Shown here: positions 12,731 to 27,412 of the stretch, in pieces
Layout of the letters: each line of letters starts with the position of its first letter
How positions within the stretch are numbered: position 1 is the stretch's first letter
NCBI GenBank assembly: GCA_951406725.2
Contig: OX597819.1
Span: 128,774,001 to 128,838,000, forward strand
DNA length: 64,000 nt
Direction of reading: 5' to 3'
Origin: Octopus vulgaris
Lineage: Eukaryota
Program-made: the position numbers and the translations under genes
Notes under the pieces: generated by a model
What the model was told of the DNA's origin: nothing
The model's input: the letters and a program-made list of their open reading frames with translations, nothing else
Databases searched by the model: none

Positions 12731-13771
12731 GAGGTAAACATTGATTTTAGAAATATATTCTTTATTCTTATAGCTGAAGCGTTACTCCCTTACTCTCTTA
12801 CTGACAGGAAATTTGGTAACATTTTACCTCATAACTCTTTTTCTACTAAATTTTGTTCAATGCGGCTAGTGATTCTGAATTTCTCATGCATTTTACTATC
12901 ATTTAAGCTTACGAAAGACATACTTTTAATTTAAAATTAAAAAGTTTATGTTAATTGAAGGTAAATAGGTGCCTTACTGCCCCACCCCGCTGAGGTCGCA
13001 GATATTTTGATGTAACTTTTTTTCTGCTGAACCAAATCTCAAACTATTTATGCTAAAATGTAGCTGAGGAGGTGTCCTCTTTAAAACTGTTAACAGATTA
13101 CAATTTAGTTGAGAATTGAATTAGCGGTGAAGCTTGGAAGCTGCTGCGATTGACAAAATGGTGGACTTAAGAATATATCCAACCACTACTGTGGTTGAAT
13201 GATACACATACCTAATATTCTGCCTATCACATTTGCATGGATATTAAGAACATCCTTCTTCTTTCATCCTCATTACTTCTTTTTTCTTTCTCTCGCTTAC
13301 TCTAACTCAGTCTTTCGTTTGCTCAAATGCATTAATATATCTACATACATCTCCCGAGTCTTCGTTCTCCCTCCTCGCCATATATAAAACATAAATGAAA
13401 ATGTCGTCTGCTGTTGCGATCAAAGGCTTGGTATATGATGAAAATAGTGGAATATATTTAAAGGAGTATCAACTGGAATAGGAATTCACAAGGGAGTAGA
13501 GAACGGTTGAGAAGAGAACTGAGAATAAATGAGAAAGGAAGGAAATGAAAGGTGTGTGTCTGCGTGCGTGTGAGAAATTGAGCGAATGGGAATGAGGACA
13601 AGAAGATGGAGAAGAAAAGTAATTACTTCAAAATATTAAACTTCCCAAAACGAAGAGAATGAAGAGAAAATGATAGAATGGAGACAGATACGAAGGAGAG
13701 AGAGAGAGAGTAAAAGGAGCAATGAATGAAAAAGGGAGGGTATGAAGAGTGTTAGAAAGCAGTCAATACTA

Positions 13772-13844
<73 letters not shown>

Positions 13845-13847
13845 AAC

Positions 13848-13880
<33 letters not shown>

Positions 13881-13894
13881 ATCTATCTATCAAC

Positions 13895-14044
<150 letters not shown>

Positions 14045-14760
14045 CAACAATTTCCGACCTGTGGGCTTATGACGAACAACTGCTGTCACGTGTGGGACGA
14101 GTCGGTTTATCAGCTGAGTCTATCGTCAATATTGTCACGCCTCCTTCCTTCAAACGGGAAGGAAGAGCTATTTTCATCATCCTTGTGGCTATGGCGAAAG
14201 AATTTATCTGGTGGACGCGTCTGAAAGGATTGGAGACAAACACTTTCCTCTCTGGTCAATCTCTCATCAACTTCTTCAAGTACCACTTGAAAAGGAAAGT
14301 GAGAGTAGAGAGGCAAGTTTTGTCTAGCGAATGTTTTAAAAAAGATGGGTGAATGTAGCAAGAATGGCACGTATGAATGACGAAGCCACCTTGAGCATAA
14401 TCCTATGAACCCAGAAATTGAAAACAGAGTTGCTTATTCGCAAAAAAAAAAAAAAAAGAAATATAACATGTGACTCCATTGACCGAGGTTACCGTGGTCT
14501 TTTCCGTAGGCTTTTCTTTCCACGGGTAAACCTCACCTGTCCTCCCCTTTACACTTCATATTGACATTTCTGTGATAACGATCCCTATTGATCAATTTTT
14601 TTTTTCCTCTCCCCCTTTTTTTTGTCCTCTTTCTCTCCTTTTACGATCCCTTTTGATCGAAACTCCCCCCTTCCTTTTTTTTTTTAAACCTTCAAAAGAA
14701 AAGCTCTACCTTGTAATTTGTTCTATCTGTGTGCAGCCCTGTGTGGCTAATAAAGAAACA
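14045..14760 (+). mobile_element. 5'-truncated Tx1/L1-like LINE 3' end inside (TATC)n
   Basis: C-terminal motif [13 protein letters not shown]; long pyrimidine-rich 3' UTR ending AATAAAGAAACA; (TATC)n on both sides. Confidence 0.6.
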
Positions 14761-14854
<94 letters not shown>

Positions 14855-14922
14855 TCTTTCTATCTATCCGCAGCTGACCTATGTTTGTGTGTATGTATAT
14901 ATATGTGTATGTATGTATGTAC

Positions 14923-14953
<31 letters not shown>

Positions 14954-15569
14954 TGTATGTATGCATGTATGTATGTATATGTATATATATATACACACAC
15001 ACACACACACAGAAGAAGAGAGGGTAAGAAAGAGATTGAGAAAGGGGGAGAGAGGAGAAAGAGAAAGCGCTTGATAGAGTAATATGGAAGTGAGAATCGA
15101 GCTACTAAAACAAACGAGACCTAGTTGGTATCACTAATAATCGTTTCTTAGCTACAAGGGTATATTGACGACTAACATGATCAAAAAGCCAGGCATTTTG
15201 AGAAAATGTTGTCAGTCAGTTGCTTCTACGGTCTTCAGTACATCAATTGCAAAGGTGCATATTTGACTCCTGTTCGTATGATCATGAATTCCTGGAGCGA
15301 AGAATATGTGGTATCCTTGAGCAAGGCACTTCATGTTCTCATCTACTCAGCTGTAAATGAAAATGTTTATATGAAATTCTGAGACCAGCAGTTGGTCTAC
15401 AACAGTGAAGGGAATCTAATGTGATAAAGCATAATGAAAGTAAAAGCAAAATCAATGCATTAAGCATTCTCGTACATGCTCAGTTGTCTGGACACTATCT
15501 TACCACAGGCCATGTTGTGTAAGAACGAAATAGTGAGTGTGATATGCATATGTGTTCGCAGCTCTTTCC

Positions 15570-16507
<938 letters not shown>

Positions 16508-16508
<1 letters not shown>

Positions 16509-16890
16509 GAGGTGCAATGGCCCAGTGGTTAGGGCAGCGGACTCGCGGTCATAGGATCGCGGTTTCGATTCCCAGACCGGGCGTTGTGAGTGTTTATTGA
16601 GCGAAAACACCTAAAAGCTCCACGAGGCTCCGGCAGGGGATGGTGGTGATCCCTGCTGTACTCTTTCACCACAACTTTCTCTCACTCTTACTTCCTGTTT
16701 CTGTTGTACCTGTATTTCAAAGGGCCGGCCTTGTCACTCTCTGTGTCACGCTGAATATCCCCGAGAACTACGTTAAGGGTGCACGTGTCTGTGGAGTGCT
16801 CAGCCACTTACACGTAAATTTCACGAGTAGGCTGTTCCGTTGATTCGGATCAACCGGAACCCTCATCGTCGTAAACGACGGAGTGCTTCC
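16508..16890 (+). mobile_element. tRNA-derived SINE family A, full length
   Basis: Pol III A box (tggcccagtgg) and B box (gtttcgattcc); near-identical copies at 19092, 29256, 56170. Confidence 0.9.
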
Positions 16891-16920
16891 ATTCCATATA
16901 TATATATATATATATATATA

Positions 16921-17075
16921 GTTTTTCTCTCCTTGTTTTTTCTGTGTCCCTTTCTGTAGAAGAGCATAGGCTCGAAACGTAAAAGACTTCTTCTATTCCT
17001 GAGCGTTATACTAATACATCTGTTTGTTTTGTACACCACCTGTCTTCGTCTTTTGTTTTTTTCGTAAACTCTCCC
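16921..17075 (+). mobile_element. Short hammerhead element, family HH-B, adjoining TA tract
   Basis: Copies at 34281-34481 and 39991-40188, both TA-flanked. Confidence 0.85.
16950..16985 (+). ncRNA. Minimal type I hammerhead, A6U variant (HH-B)
   Basis: CTTT-CTGTAGA-A-GAGC-atag-GCTC-GAAA-CG-TA-AAAG. Confidence 0.7.
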
Positions 17076-17083
17076 TATAAATA

Positions 17084-17187
<104 letters not shown>

Positions 17188-17452
17188 CAATATTTTATAA
17201 TTACGAGTATAGTTATAGACAGAGGCGGAGCAAAACAAATCGAACTAGGCTCCTAAGAGCCCATGGCAAAACTGTTTTCCAACGGATTTCCTATTTCTTC
17301 CTGAAGAGAAAGACACAATATGGTCCCATTATAACTATACTCGTAATTATATAATATTGTTTAAGCTTACCGAAAAATGGTCCTTTTTCATGCCGAATTC
17401 TACTTGTTGGAATTATTAATTACTAGTTAATTAATTAATTTTACCCTTTATC
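17188..17452. mobile_element. Fold-back element in (TA)n with an isolated CTGAAGA motif
   Basis: Arms 17188-17217 / 17330-17359, unique tail, TA flanks. Confidence 0.6.
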
Positions 17453-17472
17453 ATATATATATATATATATAT

Positions 17473-18039
17473 AATTAATCAATATAGGGTGGCAAAAAAA
17501 ATTTTGTAGAATTCTTTTGCCACCAGCGGCCTAGTAGGAAAAAATTAAAATAGTCATAGACCATTTTTAAGTTCAACATCAACAATAAAGGAACGGCCAT
17601 AATAGGCCATTCACCCACTAGAAATAACAGCCAAAGCTTCAACCGCAAATAAAAGTTAATTCAGTAAACCAGGAGAAAATTTAAAAAACTTTTACCCTGT
17701 AATTTCTTATACGATATACCGTTTCATCTGCTGATTAATGGTAAACTAACCTGATTAAATTAAATCAAGCCAATCTTCCACAGGCCCTCAGATTCTTCAG
17801 TAAGAAATAGCCCAAGACGGAACAGATATTTTCACGAGGCATTTCCGACGTTGCCAAGTTTATATCTGACCTAAAATTTTCAAATCGTCGCACTCGCGCC
17901 AAATTTATCGGCAGCAAATTACAGGGTAAAAGTTTTTAAAATTTTCTCCTGGTTTACTGAATTAACTTTTATTTGCGGTTGAAGCTTTGGCTGTTATTTC
18001 TAGTGGGTGAATGGCCTATTATGGCCGTTCCTTTATTGT

Positions 18040-18043
<4 letters not shown>
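17473..18043 (-). mobile_element. Fold-back hammerhead element, family HH-D, in (TA)n
   Basis: ~128-bp inverted arms 17578-17705 / 17916-18043; TA flanks. Confidence 0.85.
17702..17808 (-). ncRNA. Type I hammerhead, canonical core, long stem II insertion
   Basis: ATTTCTTA-CTGAAGA-ATCTG..CAGAT-GAAA-CGGTATATCG-TA-TAAGAAAT: 8-bp stem I, 4-bp stem III. Confidence 0.85.
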
Positions 18044-18095
<52 letters not shown>

Positions 18096-18635
18096 TATAT
18101 ATAAATTTGCGGTAGTCTAGCATCTGCTTAGACCATCGTCAAATGTGACGGGTGAGCTACCTCATTTATGTACAGCTTTTGCTATTCTCACGAACTCTTT
18201 TAAACCTTATTGATTATTATCTGGTTCAACATATTGTAATCTTAAAGTACATTTCCATCTTCAAAGACTCTTTCTAGCTCTTTCTTCTCGCCCTATTATG
18301 TATTGCTGGCTGACATCTGCTTCGAAGCAATGTATGTTACGGATGGTTATCAGTCGTCTTATGTATTGCAAACCTTATTCCTACGCGATGCCCGTTGCTC
18401 GTTTCGGATATTGAAATTGATAAAATACCGCGCATCTGATGATATTCAGGTCCAATGAGTTTGCTGTTGGTAATTCGATTGTTGTTGTTGTTGTTGTTAT
18501 TATTATTATTATTTATAAAACACCGAAAGACTTCAGAGATGAAATCTTTTTAAAAGAAAACAAACTTCTTTTCTTCCATTTTATCTTTTTAACAGAGTAT
18601 GAGATAACTCCCACAGGAGCACGCGCACGCGAGGA

Positions 18636-18688
<53 letters not shown>

Positions 18689-18719
18689 GCACACACATAC
18701 ACAAACACACACACATACA

Positions 18720-18756
<37 letters not shown>

Positions 18757-18844
18757 TAGCGGTATACAACATTTAGAATATAAGCATTCGTTCAACAGGT
18801 GCATGAGTATGTCAATTTAAATCTGGTGTGTATGTGTGTGTGTG

Positions 18845-18895
<51 letters not shown>

Positions 18896-19091
18896 GAGCG
18901 AAAGAGCTAAGGAAGAAGGGATAGAGAAAGTGTGCGCGCGTGTGTTTATCAGGCTTTGTTGAATAGAACGATGCAAAAGTGTAGCCGAATGGTTAAAAAG
19001 TTCGCTTCACACTCATTAGACTCCAGTTTCGATCCCACTACGCAGTAACTCAACCATGTCCCTCCGACCACTTAGCGTTGTATTGACCTCT

Positions 19092-19471
19092 GGAAGCACT
19101 CCGTCGGTTACGACGACGAGGGTTCCGGTTGATCCGAATCAACGGAACAGCCTGCTCGTGAAATTAACGTGTAAGTGGCTGAGCACTCCACAGACACGTG
19201 TACCCTTAACGTAGTTCTCGGGGATATTCAGCGTGACACAGAGAGTGACAAGGCCGGCCCTTTGAAATACAGGTACAACAGAAACAGGAAGTAAGAGTGA
19301 GAGAAAGTTGTGGTGAAAGAGTACAACAGGGATCACCACCCCGCTGCCGGAGCCTCGTGGAGCTTTAGGTGTTTTCGCTCAATAAACACTCACAACGCCC
19401 GGTCTGGGAATCGAAACCGCGATCCTATGACCGCGAGTCCGCTGCCCTAACCACTGGGCCATTGCGCCTCC
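19092..19471 (-). mobile_element. SINE family A nested in an older SINE
   Basis: Full length; flanked by gttgtattgacc direct repeats (TSD). Confidence 0.9.
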
Positions 19472-19967
19472 TAGTTGTATTGACCAAAGCCTTGTGAAAG
19501 ACAAAGACTGTTTGAAAGTCTTTTCTCACACAGTGCTATGCTGAGTGGTCAGTGGATCAACTTCAGGAGACAAGTGTCTAGAAATATTTCCTTATACTAT
19601 TACTCATCAAGGAGTAACATCTTTTGATCGAATCAAAGGGATGTTTATTATCAAAACTGACCGAAGATCTATTTTCCAAGTCGAGTCAGGTTTCCGGCTA
19701 AAACACTCTTTCTCTGGCTAAAACATTCATACACAGTCAGAGAACCAAGGTTCGACAGGACCGGACCAACCAGGCATTTGGGCCACCTATATACATACGT
19801 ATTCATATATACATATAGGAACACCTAAGAGTAGACAGAGCTGTGTGGTTAAGAAGTAGTTTGGGGTTCAGTCCCATCTTGGGCGAGAGTTTTCAAGTCT
19901 AGTCTAGAGACGACCAATACCTTGTGAGGGAATTTGACTGACAGAAACTGTGGAGAAGGCCGTCCTA

Positions 19968-20078
<111 letters not shown>

Positions 20079-20154
20079 GCAGCGTGGAAGGTGTTTATAA
20101 GCCATTTAAGAAACACACAAAAGCCGTTCGATTCACTTCAACATTTAAGTTTAA

Positions 20155-20204
20155 TTTGTCAAAATATTTTCGTCGCTAAAATCCGCGACCTGTTCACTGA
20201 CAAA
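20155..20204 (-). ncRNA. Hammerhead, G3:C8 variant (HH-A, minus arm)
   Basis: Reverse complement of 20222-20271. Confidence 0.75.
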
Positions 20205-20221
20205 GTCCGTGCTGCACGGAC

Positions 20222-20271
20222 TTTGTCAGTGAACAGGTCGCGGATTTTAGCGACGAAAATATTTTGACAAA
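20222..20271 (+). ncRNA. Hammerhead, G3:C8 variant (HH-A)
   Basis: TTTGTCA-GTGAACA-G-GTCGC-ggatttta-GCGAC-GAAA-ATAT-TT-TGACAAA. Confidence 0.75.
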
Positions 20272-20409
20272 TTAAACTTAAATGTTGAAGTGAATCGAAC
20301 GGCTTTTGTGTGTTTCTTAAATGGCTTATAAACACCTTCCACGCTGCAATTGTTTTCGTTTCAGCACACGATCTCAGATCAAATTACTTGCTATGCGAGT
20401 ACATCTCCG

Positions 20410-20491
<82 letters not shown>

Positions 20492-20531
20492 CTCTCTATA
20501 TATATATATATCTGTATGTCTGTCTGTCTAT

Positions 20532-20589
<58 letters not shown>

Positions 20590-20618
20590 GTCTGTCTGTC
20601 TGTCTGTCTACCTGTCTG

Positions 20619-20681
<63 letters not shown>

Positions 20682-20940
20682 GTATATAAATATGTGTGTG
20701 TATGTCTGTATGTATATATTCATGAACGTATGTGTCCTTGTGTTTGTGTCGTTTGTCTCTCCGGCACTGCTTGACAACCGGTGTTGGTTTGTTAACGTCT
20801 CCGTAACTTAATGCTTCGGCAAAATAAACCGAAAGGGAAAAGTACTATGCTTTGAAAATTTAGTACAGGAGTTAATTTGTTTGACTAAGCGTTTCAATGC
20901 GGTGATCTAGCAAACGATAAAAGACAGATACTTCTAATAC

Positions 20941-21001
<61 letters not shown>

Positions 21002-21530
21002 CAAAGGCAAAGTAGACGGCTTATGATAAATCCATTTTGATAATTGAAGAACACATCCCTCTTCTTTCGAATCCTGGATACACTCGTACTTACATTGCTA
21101 ATGCCTTTGAGAAAGACAATAATAACCCAAGATTTATGCCCATTGTTGGATCGTAGCTAAACATCAATTCTGTATGAAAGCTAAAGTAACTGACCCAATC
21201 GTACTTGTTGCGTGGGATATACAAATATTCTTGTTTTTGGTGATTATCGTTAAATAAGAAGGTGAGCTCTTTTCCCAAATCTCGGCCATCAACTTTCAAT
21301 TCTCGGTGGTAATGTGTTACATTCATCGTGCAACTCATTTTTCTACGGAAATAAACACTTGTCCTTGCATAGCAACTGTTATTTCCTATTTGCCTACCCT
21401 TAAAATGTATGAAAAAAAGGCTAATATTTCCTTCAAACTTTGTTTTTCTTACGTTTATTCAAACCCCAAAGAATCCCTCTCAGCACGTGACTATGATGAT
21501 CCTCCACTACTTCTGCTCATGGTAATAGAT

Positions 21531-21765
21531 AGGCGGCGAGCTGGCTGAGTTGTTAGCACGCCGGGCGAAATGCTTAATGGTATTTCGTCTGCCGCTACGT
21601 TCTGAGTTCAAGTTCCGCCGAGGTCAACTTTGCCTTTCATCCTTTCGGGGTCGATTAAATAAGTACCAGTCACTCACTAGGGTCGATGTAATCGACTTAA
21701 TCCGTGTGTCTGTCCTTGTTTGTCTCCTCTGTGTTTAGCCCCTTGTGGGTAGTAAAGAAATAGGT
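21531..21765 (+). mobile_element. SINE family B (tRNA-like head, Meta/Sauria-like central domain)
   Basis: ggcggcgagctggc..gttcaa.ttcc..gtcaactttgcctttcatcctttcggggtcga..aagtaccag. Confidence 0.85.
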
Positions 21766-22451
21766 AATATATGCACATATTGTCACCCACTAAGGGACAT
21801 ACTCAAGTGGTTAAGGTCAAGCAAATGACAAGCAAATCTGTGATATTGAGTAAAATACTTGCTATAACGATATTTCTGCGTCAGCATCTCAGCGCTGAAT
21901 CTGTCCGAAATGTAATGGAAAACAGGTCAGGTCACAAAAGCAAAGTTTGAAGGGAATAATAGTAATTTTCTTTGACTTATAGAAAGAAGCAAATAGGAAA
22001 TAACCCTTACTGGTCAAAGACTAAAAAAAAGAAGGTAAAAATTTGTTACACAATGCTACCCGTTGACACATACTCTGATAGCAAAAAGTTAAACAAATGA
22101 TTAATTTTATCGTATCAGGGATTAGGACTAAGTCTGTCACCTCATTTAACACCATCACCATGTAGCAGTGAGGTTCAATATTTTGCAAGTACTTGGGCCA
22201 GATCTCTGATTTGAGGATATCCCGCTTTTTGCCTCTCTTCCTCGAACCATTTTCAGAAATCTACATCGCCTCAGTTCAACTCGCATCAGAAAGAACCTCT
22301 ACACAGTTGCTCGACTTACTAAAAATAACAACTGTTTTACAGAAGAACACAAGATTGGATAATGTGACCAAGATAATCTGATGTTATGCCTTTTGATTAT
22401 AGTTTTGTTGGATTAATGCTGACCTGAAGCTAAACAGCTACAACAGCAAGT

Positions 22452-22755
22452 GGAGGCGCAATGGCCCAATGGTTAGGGTAGCGGACCCGCGGTCGGAGGA
22501 TCGCGGTTTCGATTCCCAGACTGGGGCGTTGTGAGTGTTTATTGAGCGAAAACACCTAAAGCTCCACGATGCTCCGGCAGGGTGGGGAGCGATCCCTGCA
22601 GTACTCTTTCGCCACAATTTTCTCTCATTCTTTCTTCTGTTGGCCTGCTCGCTTAGCCAGCGGGGTGGTGTCATTTGAAGGCTAAAAAACAATGCGAAGC
22701 GCATTGTGACCAGCGATGTGTAGCAACATCTGATAGACTGGTCGGTCATGGTGAC
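22452..22755 (+). mobile_element. SINE family A head with a third type of tail
   Basis: Same head as 16508; diverges after ..ttcttctgtt. Confidence 0.8.
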
Positions 22756-22902
22756 AGTTACTTGATCTAGCATATATTATATGCAAACATCACTGGAGTG
22801 TATGATTAAGAAGTTTACTTTGTAGTTAATTTATCCGAACATAATCTCAATGCAGTACTTGTTATACATTACTGAGAGGGACCGCTAAGCAGTGATAAAT
22901 GA

Positions 22903-23220
22903 AAATCCAATGTTATCAGTTCGAATATGCTTGATGCAAGTTCAAACTGGGGAACAAACTACTCAATGCGATTTGTCACGGAGAATATATCTCGCGAGTT
23001 GACAAATGGTGTGGATACACCTAAAACAGCTCGCAGCGCCATTTACCGAGACTGTCAGATGTTAACATCTCATAGTAGATGGTGCTGCGAGCTGATCTAG
23101 GTATACACACAACATTTGTCAACAAGCGAGATATATTCTCCGTGACAAACCGCAGTGAGTAGCTTGTTCCCCAGTTCGAACGTGCATCAAGCATATTCGG
23201 ACTGATGATAACATTGAATT
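22903..23220. mobile_element. Palindromic MITE-like element
   Basis: Imperfect inverted repeat over almost its whole length, centred on agatgttaacatct. Confidence 0.75.
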
Positions 23221-24739
23221 ATAACACATTGAACGAGCAACCAACAAATAAATACTAGCAACGGGACAGCCTGGAAATCTTTGAGCAGTCGATGCTCGAC
23301 CCAACAGAAATAACTGCTAAATCTCACGTATAACACAACCCACCTTATTAATGTAAAAACTCATTGATTAATGTAGTCCAATATACACTATGTATGGTAA
23401 AAGCGACGGAACGGCTTTGATCCCGAGTTACAATGCTTTTCATCAGTGGTTCGATCCATCAGGATTGACTTAGGGTTAAAAAAAACAACAACAACAACCG
23501 TAGTAGCTGCAGTAAAGAAATTGATCCGAAATACACCGTTTTTCGACTGCAAACGTTGGCAAACCAATCGTAGATTTCCCTGATCACCTCTGCTGCAAAG
23601 AAGTCACGTGTTTCAGTTGAACACCATTCACACACAGCAAAGATAAATAAACAACCTACATCAAGCCAAATAGAGATTTTGAACACTGGTGATTGCTCAA
23701 GGTCAACATTTCACCAACTTTCAAATTTGAAATCCGCCGACGAAGTCTCAAAAGCCCATATGATAAAGAAAAAAGAGACAGATTAATCCTGAAGACCAAA
23801 AAAACAGTAATTTAATATTAAGTTGAATGGTTTTAGGAAGTGGAGCATTCAGTATAGTTGTCCTCCTTCCACTGTAGTTCTGAAAAAGGTTCCCCTTTCT
23901 CTACATTGCATCGTAACTTGACCAGCTAAAAACAGCAGTTGGATTTTTTAAAATCACACCAAGCATCATAAAAAACAAAAAAGAGTAACAAGTGCACGCT
24001 GAGCAATGCTGAAAAAAATACAAAAAGGCTGGAATGCCTGTGATCATAAACTGGGCTGATCTGCAGTTAATCGCCAACAGCAGCATACAAGAATCAGGCG
24101 TCCTATTTAGGTGGGGAGGTTTATGTCATCCAATGAAAGCCATGCAATCAGTTTTGAGTACCACCCTAAAGAGCTGGTTGGGAATATTTACAGTTAAAGG
24201 AATCACCAGATTCGTAATAAATATATTAAAAATTTTAAACGAAGTTTAATTTAGCAATGAAATTCCTGAAGTTTCAAATGTCTTCCAGAAAATTAAGTCT
24301 GAGAAATATTTTTGAATCAATCTTTCATTACTATTTAAATATTTATATATTTTCTTAGTGTTTTTTAATGAAAACAAATCTATAAAGAACATTTATATTT
24401 CTAAGTAAAAAAAAAAGTTAAGACCAAAAATATTTATTTAAAATTAAAACAATATACAAGGAAAACGTATTTTATCGCTATTTATTTTATAGGGAAAGGT
24501 TAGAATTTGTAGGAAAAAAAACCACCCAGAAAACAAACAAAAATAATTTTTCTCATAACTATTTTCCATAGTCTGCTTGCAAAAAAACCTTCATGGAAAA
24601 ATAATCTCACTTGAAATTACATGTAAATAATACCATTATGTAAATGTCTATTTCTTATTCATTAACTCGTGTAGTACCCGTTAAAAATGACGGTGTTTAT
24701 TTCCGTTTATTTCCAACTCCTTTCAATAATTCTTACATC

Positions 24740-24800
<61 letters not shown>

Positions 24801-25397
24801 CATCCACCTCTAATTTATTTCTCTTCTTTCAGTTTTGCTATATGTTTTCTACCCTTCCTTTGTATCTGCCTAAGTCTCTCAACTGCTGGAGTGAAAGTGG
24901 GACAACTGCTGTGTTAATGATAGCTTTTTACAGCTGTCCTCTTTTCTCTACTCAATCTATCTTTTCCTCAATGCCATATCAATTTCGGCGAATTCTTGGT
25001 TTTTGAGATTATGTTGTCTTCTCTTTTGGAATTGGTCGTCATTGCCCCAAGGTTATTGCTCACTGTTCTCTCAAAGCAATGATAATTTTCATCATTTAAA
25101 CATTTATTACTTATGATATTTGATATAATACTATTCCTCTCTTTCATCATCCATAATCCATATTGACGACACTGGCCAATCTAGCTGCTTGTCTTAGCTC
25201 GTTTTTCTTTAAATATTATAGAAATATGTACGTGTTTTTGTGTGTGTGTGTATGTGTGTGTGTATGTTTGTGTGTGTATGTGTGTGAAAGACTTTATGCT
25301 TGTTATTGTTCCCCACTACCGTTTGACGATCGTTGTTGGTGAGTTTACGTCCCCGTAGCTTAGCAGTACGGCAAAGAGACTGATAGAATAAGTTACA

Positions 25398-26600
25398 GGT
25401 TCCAAGGAAGGTGATCGAGTGGGTACTGAGGAAGCGAGGTGCACTAGGGGTAATGGTGAGGGCAGTGATGAGTTTGTACGAAGGGGTAAAGACAAGAGTT
25501 AGAGTTGGATCAGAGCTGTTGGAGGAGTTTGCGGTGAAAGTCGGCGTGCATCAGGGATCTCTGTTGTCACCGTGGTTGTTTGCAATAGTGGTTGATGTGG
25601 CGATGGAGAATGCAAGAGAGGGATTGATAATAGAGATACTGTATGCGGATGACTTTGTTCAGATGAGTGAGACGATGGAAGGATTGGGGGAGAAGTTTCG
25701 GAAATAGAAGAAGGCGTTTGAAAGCAAGGGTTTGGAGGTAAACCTCGAGAAGGCAAAGGTGATGGTGAGCAGGGTGGAAGCAGAAGTGTTAGGGAGTAAG
25801 GTGTCTGTGAGAGGAGGGTATTGGTAAATGCCGTGTTGTATACGAAATGTGGGAAATGGATTCATGGTAGATGTACGAAAATGAAGAAGATGACCCCAAG
25901 ATTGGCAAGAGGTTTTATTTGTAGATGTGAGAAAGGAACTGGAGAGTTGGCGGAACCAGTGGAAACGGTATGTGACAAGGTGGAAACGATGAGAAGGTTT
26001 TGTTATTTGGGAATTAGGGTGGATGTAAGTGGTGGATGTGAAGAAGCTGTGACAGCAAGAGCAAGACTTGGCTGGGTGAAGTTCAGGGGATGTGGAGCGT
26101 TATTATATGGGGAAAAGTTCTTGAAGATGAAAGGAAGGGTTTATCGGAGTTGTGTGAGAACTGCAATGCTGTATGGGAGTGAGACATGGTGTCTGAGGGG
26201 GAGAAAGATGGTAATTTTGAGGACTGAGAGAGCAAAGGTGAGAGCAATGCGTGGTGTGAAACTATTGAATAAAAGGTGGGCTGAGGACTTGATGGGGTTG
26301 GAGGAATCGATGGAACAGCTGGGAAGGGAAAATGGAGTGCGGTGGGATGGGCATGTGTTGAGGAGGGACGAGGCTAAGGTTTTGAGGGAAGTGCTTGAAT
26401 TTAAAGTGAATGAACCGCGGAAGCGAGGTCCATTGAAGAAAACTTGGAGGGGACAGGGAGTGGAGGAGATTATGAGGGTTGGCTTGAGGAGGGGGGACGT
26501 CCCAAACTGGGCGAGATGGCAAGATGATGCGAGAACGGTTGCTGTAAGAGTGAGGTAGATCTGGTCACACCCGTTAACGGGGACAAAACCGGATTTAGAA
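25398..26600 (+). mobile_element. RTE-clade LINE, 5'-truncated (RT domain and C-terminus)
   Basis: GVHQGSLLSPWLF, LYADD, FCYLG, MLYGSETW, RWDGHVLRR; stops and frameshifts. Confidence 0.9.
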
Positions 26601-26763
26601 TATTGGAATTCATCATAATCATTATATAATATATATGTATATATATATATATATATAGATAGATAGATAGATATAGATAGATACATACATACATACATAT
26701 ATATACTCACACACATACATACATACATACATACATACATACATACATACATACATACATACA

Positions 26764-26794
<31 letters not shown>

Positions 26795-27103
26795 TTATGA
26801 GTAGGGAACCACTTTTCTTTCAAACTTTATACTGAAAGTATGACAACATAGGAATTAAATGGGTTTTTTTTTTTCATATTTCCTTTTTAGTATCTTTTTA
26901 ATTTTCAACAGTTGTGTTTCCAAATTTATTCTTCCTTTAACGCTTCAAACCATTCTCGATCTCATTCTCAGAACGAAGCGATGTTTTATTAATAACGTGT
27001 TCTTAGTACACTGTTTCGAACTCTTCGAAGGATCATAAGAACACCGTTATGATTTATACGTTATCAAAAGGCCAGATTTAAACGCTATATAGCGGTCAGA
27101 CTT

Positions 27104-27338
27104 AAGGCGGCGAGCTGGCAGAACCGTTAGCACGCCGGGCGAAATGCTTAGCGGTATTTCGTCTGCGTTACGTTGTGAGTTCAAATTCCGCCGAGGTCGA
27201 CTTTGCCTTTCATCCTTCCGGGGTCGATAAATTAAGTACCAGTTACGCACTGGGGTCGATGTAATCGACTTAATACCTATGTCTGTCCTTGTTTGTCCCC
27301 TCTGTGTTTAGCCCCTTGAGGGCAATAAAGAAATAGGT
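27104..27338 (+). mobile_element. SINE family B
   Basis: Full length; TSD ggtcagac(t/c)taag. Confidence 0.9.
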
Positions 27339-27412
27339 CAGACCTAAGTGGATTCATGATTTACTTTACGCCTGATAATTGGTTTCCATTTTTACTCTCT
27401 CTTTTACTCTTT

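Noticed and set aside
16508-16585. tRNA gene-like sequence
   Set aside because: It is the head of a multi-copy SINE, not a standalone tRNA
17295-17330. CTGAAGA-GAAA hammerhead-like core
   Set aside because: No stem II and no convincing stems I or III
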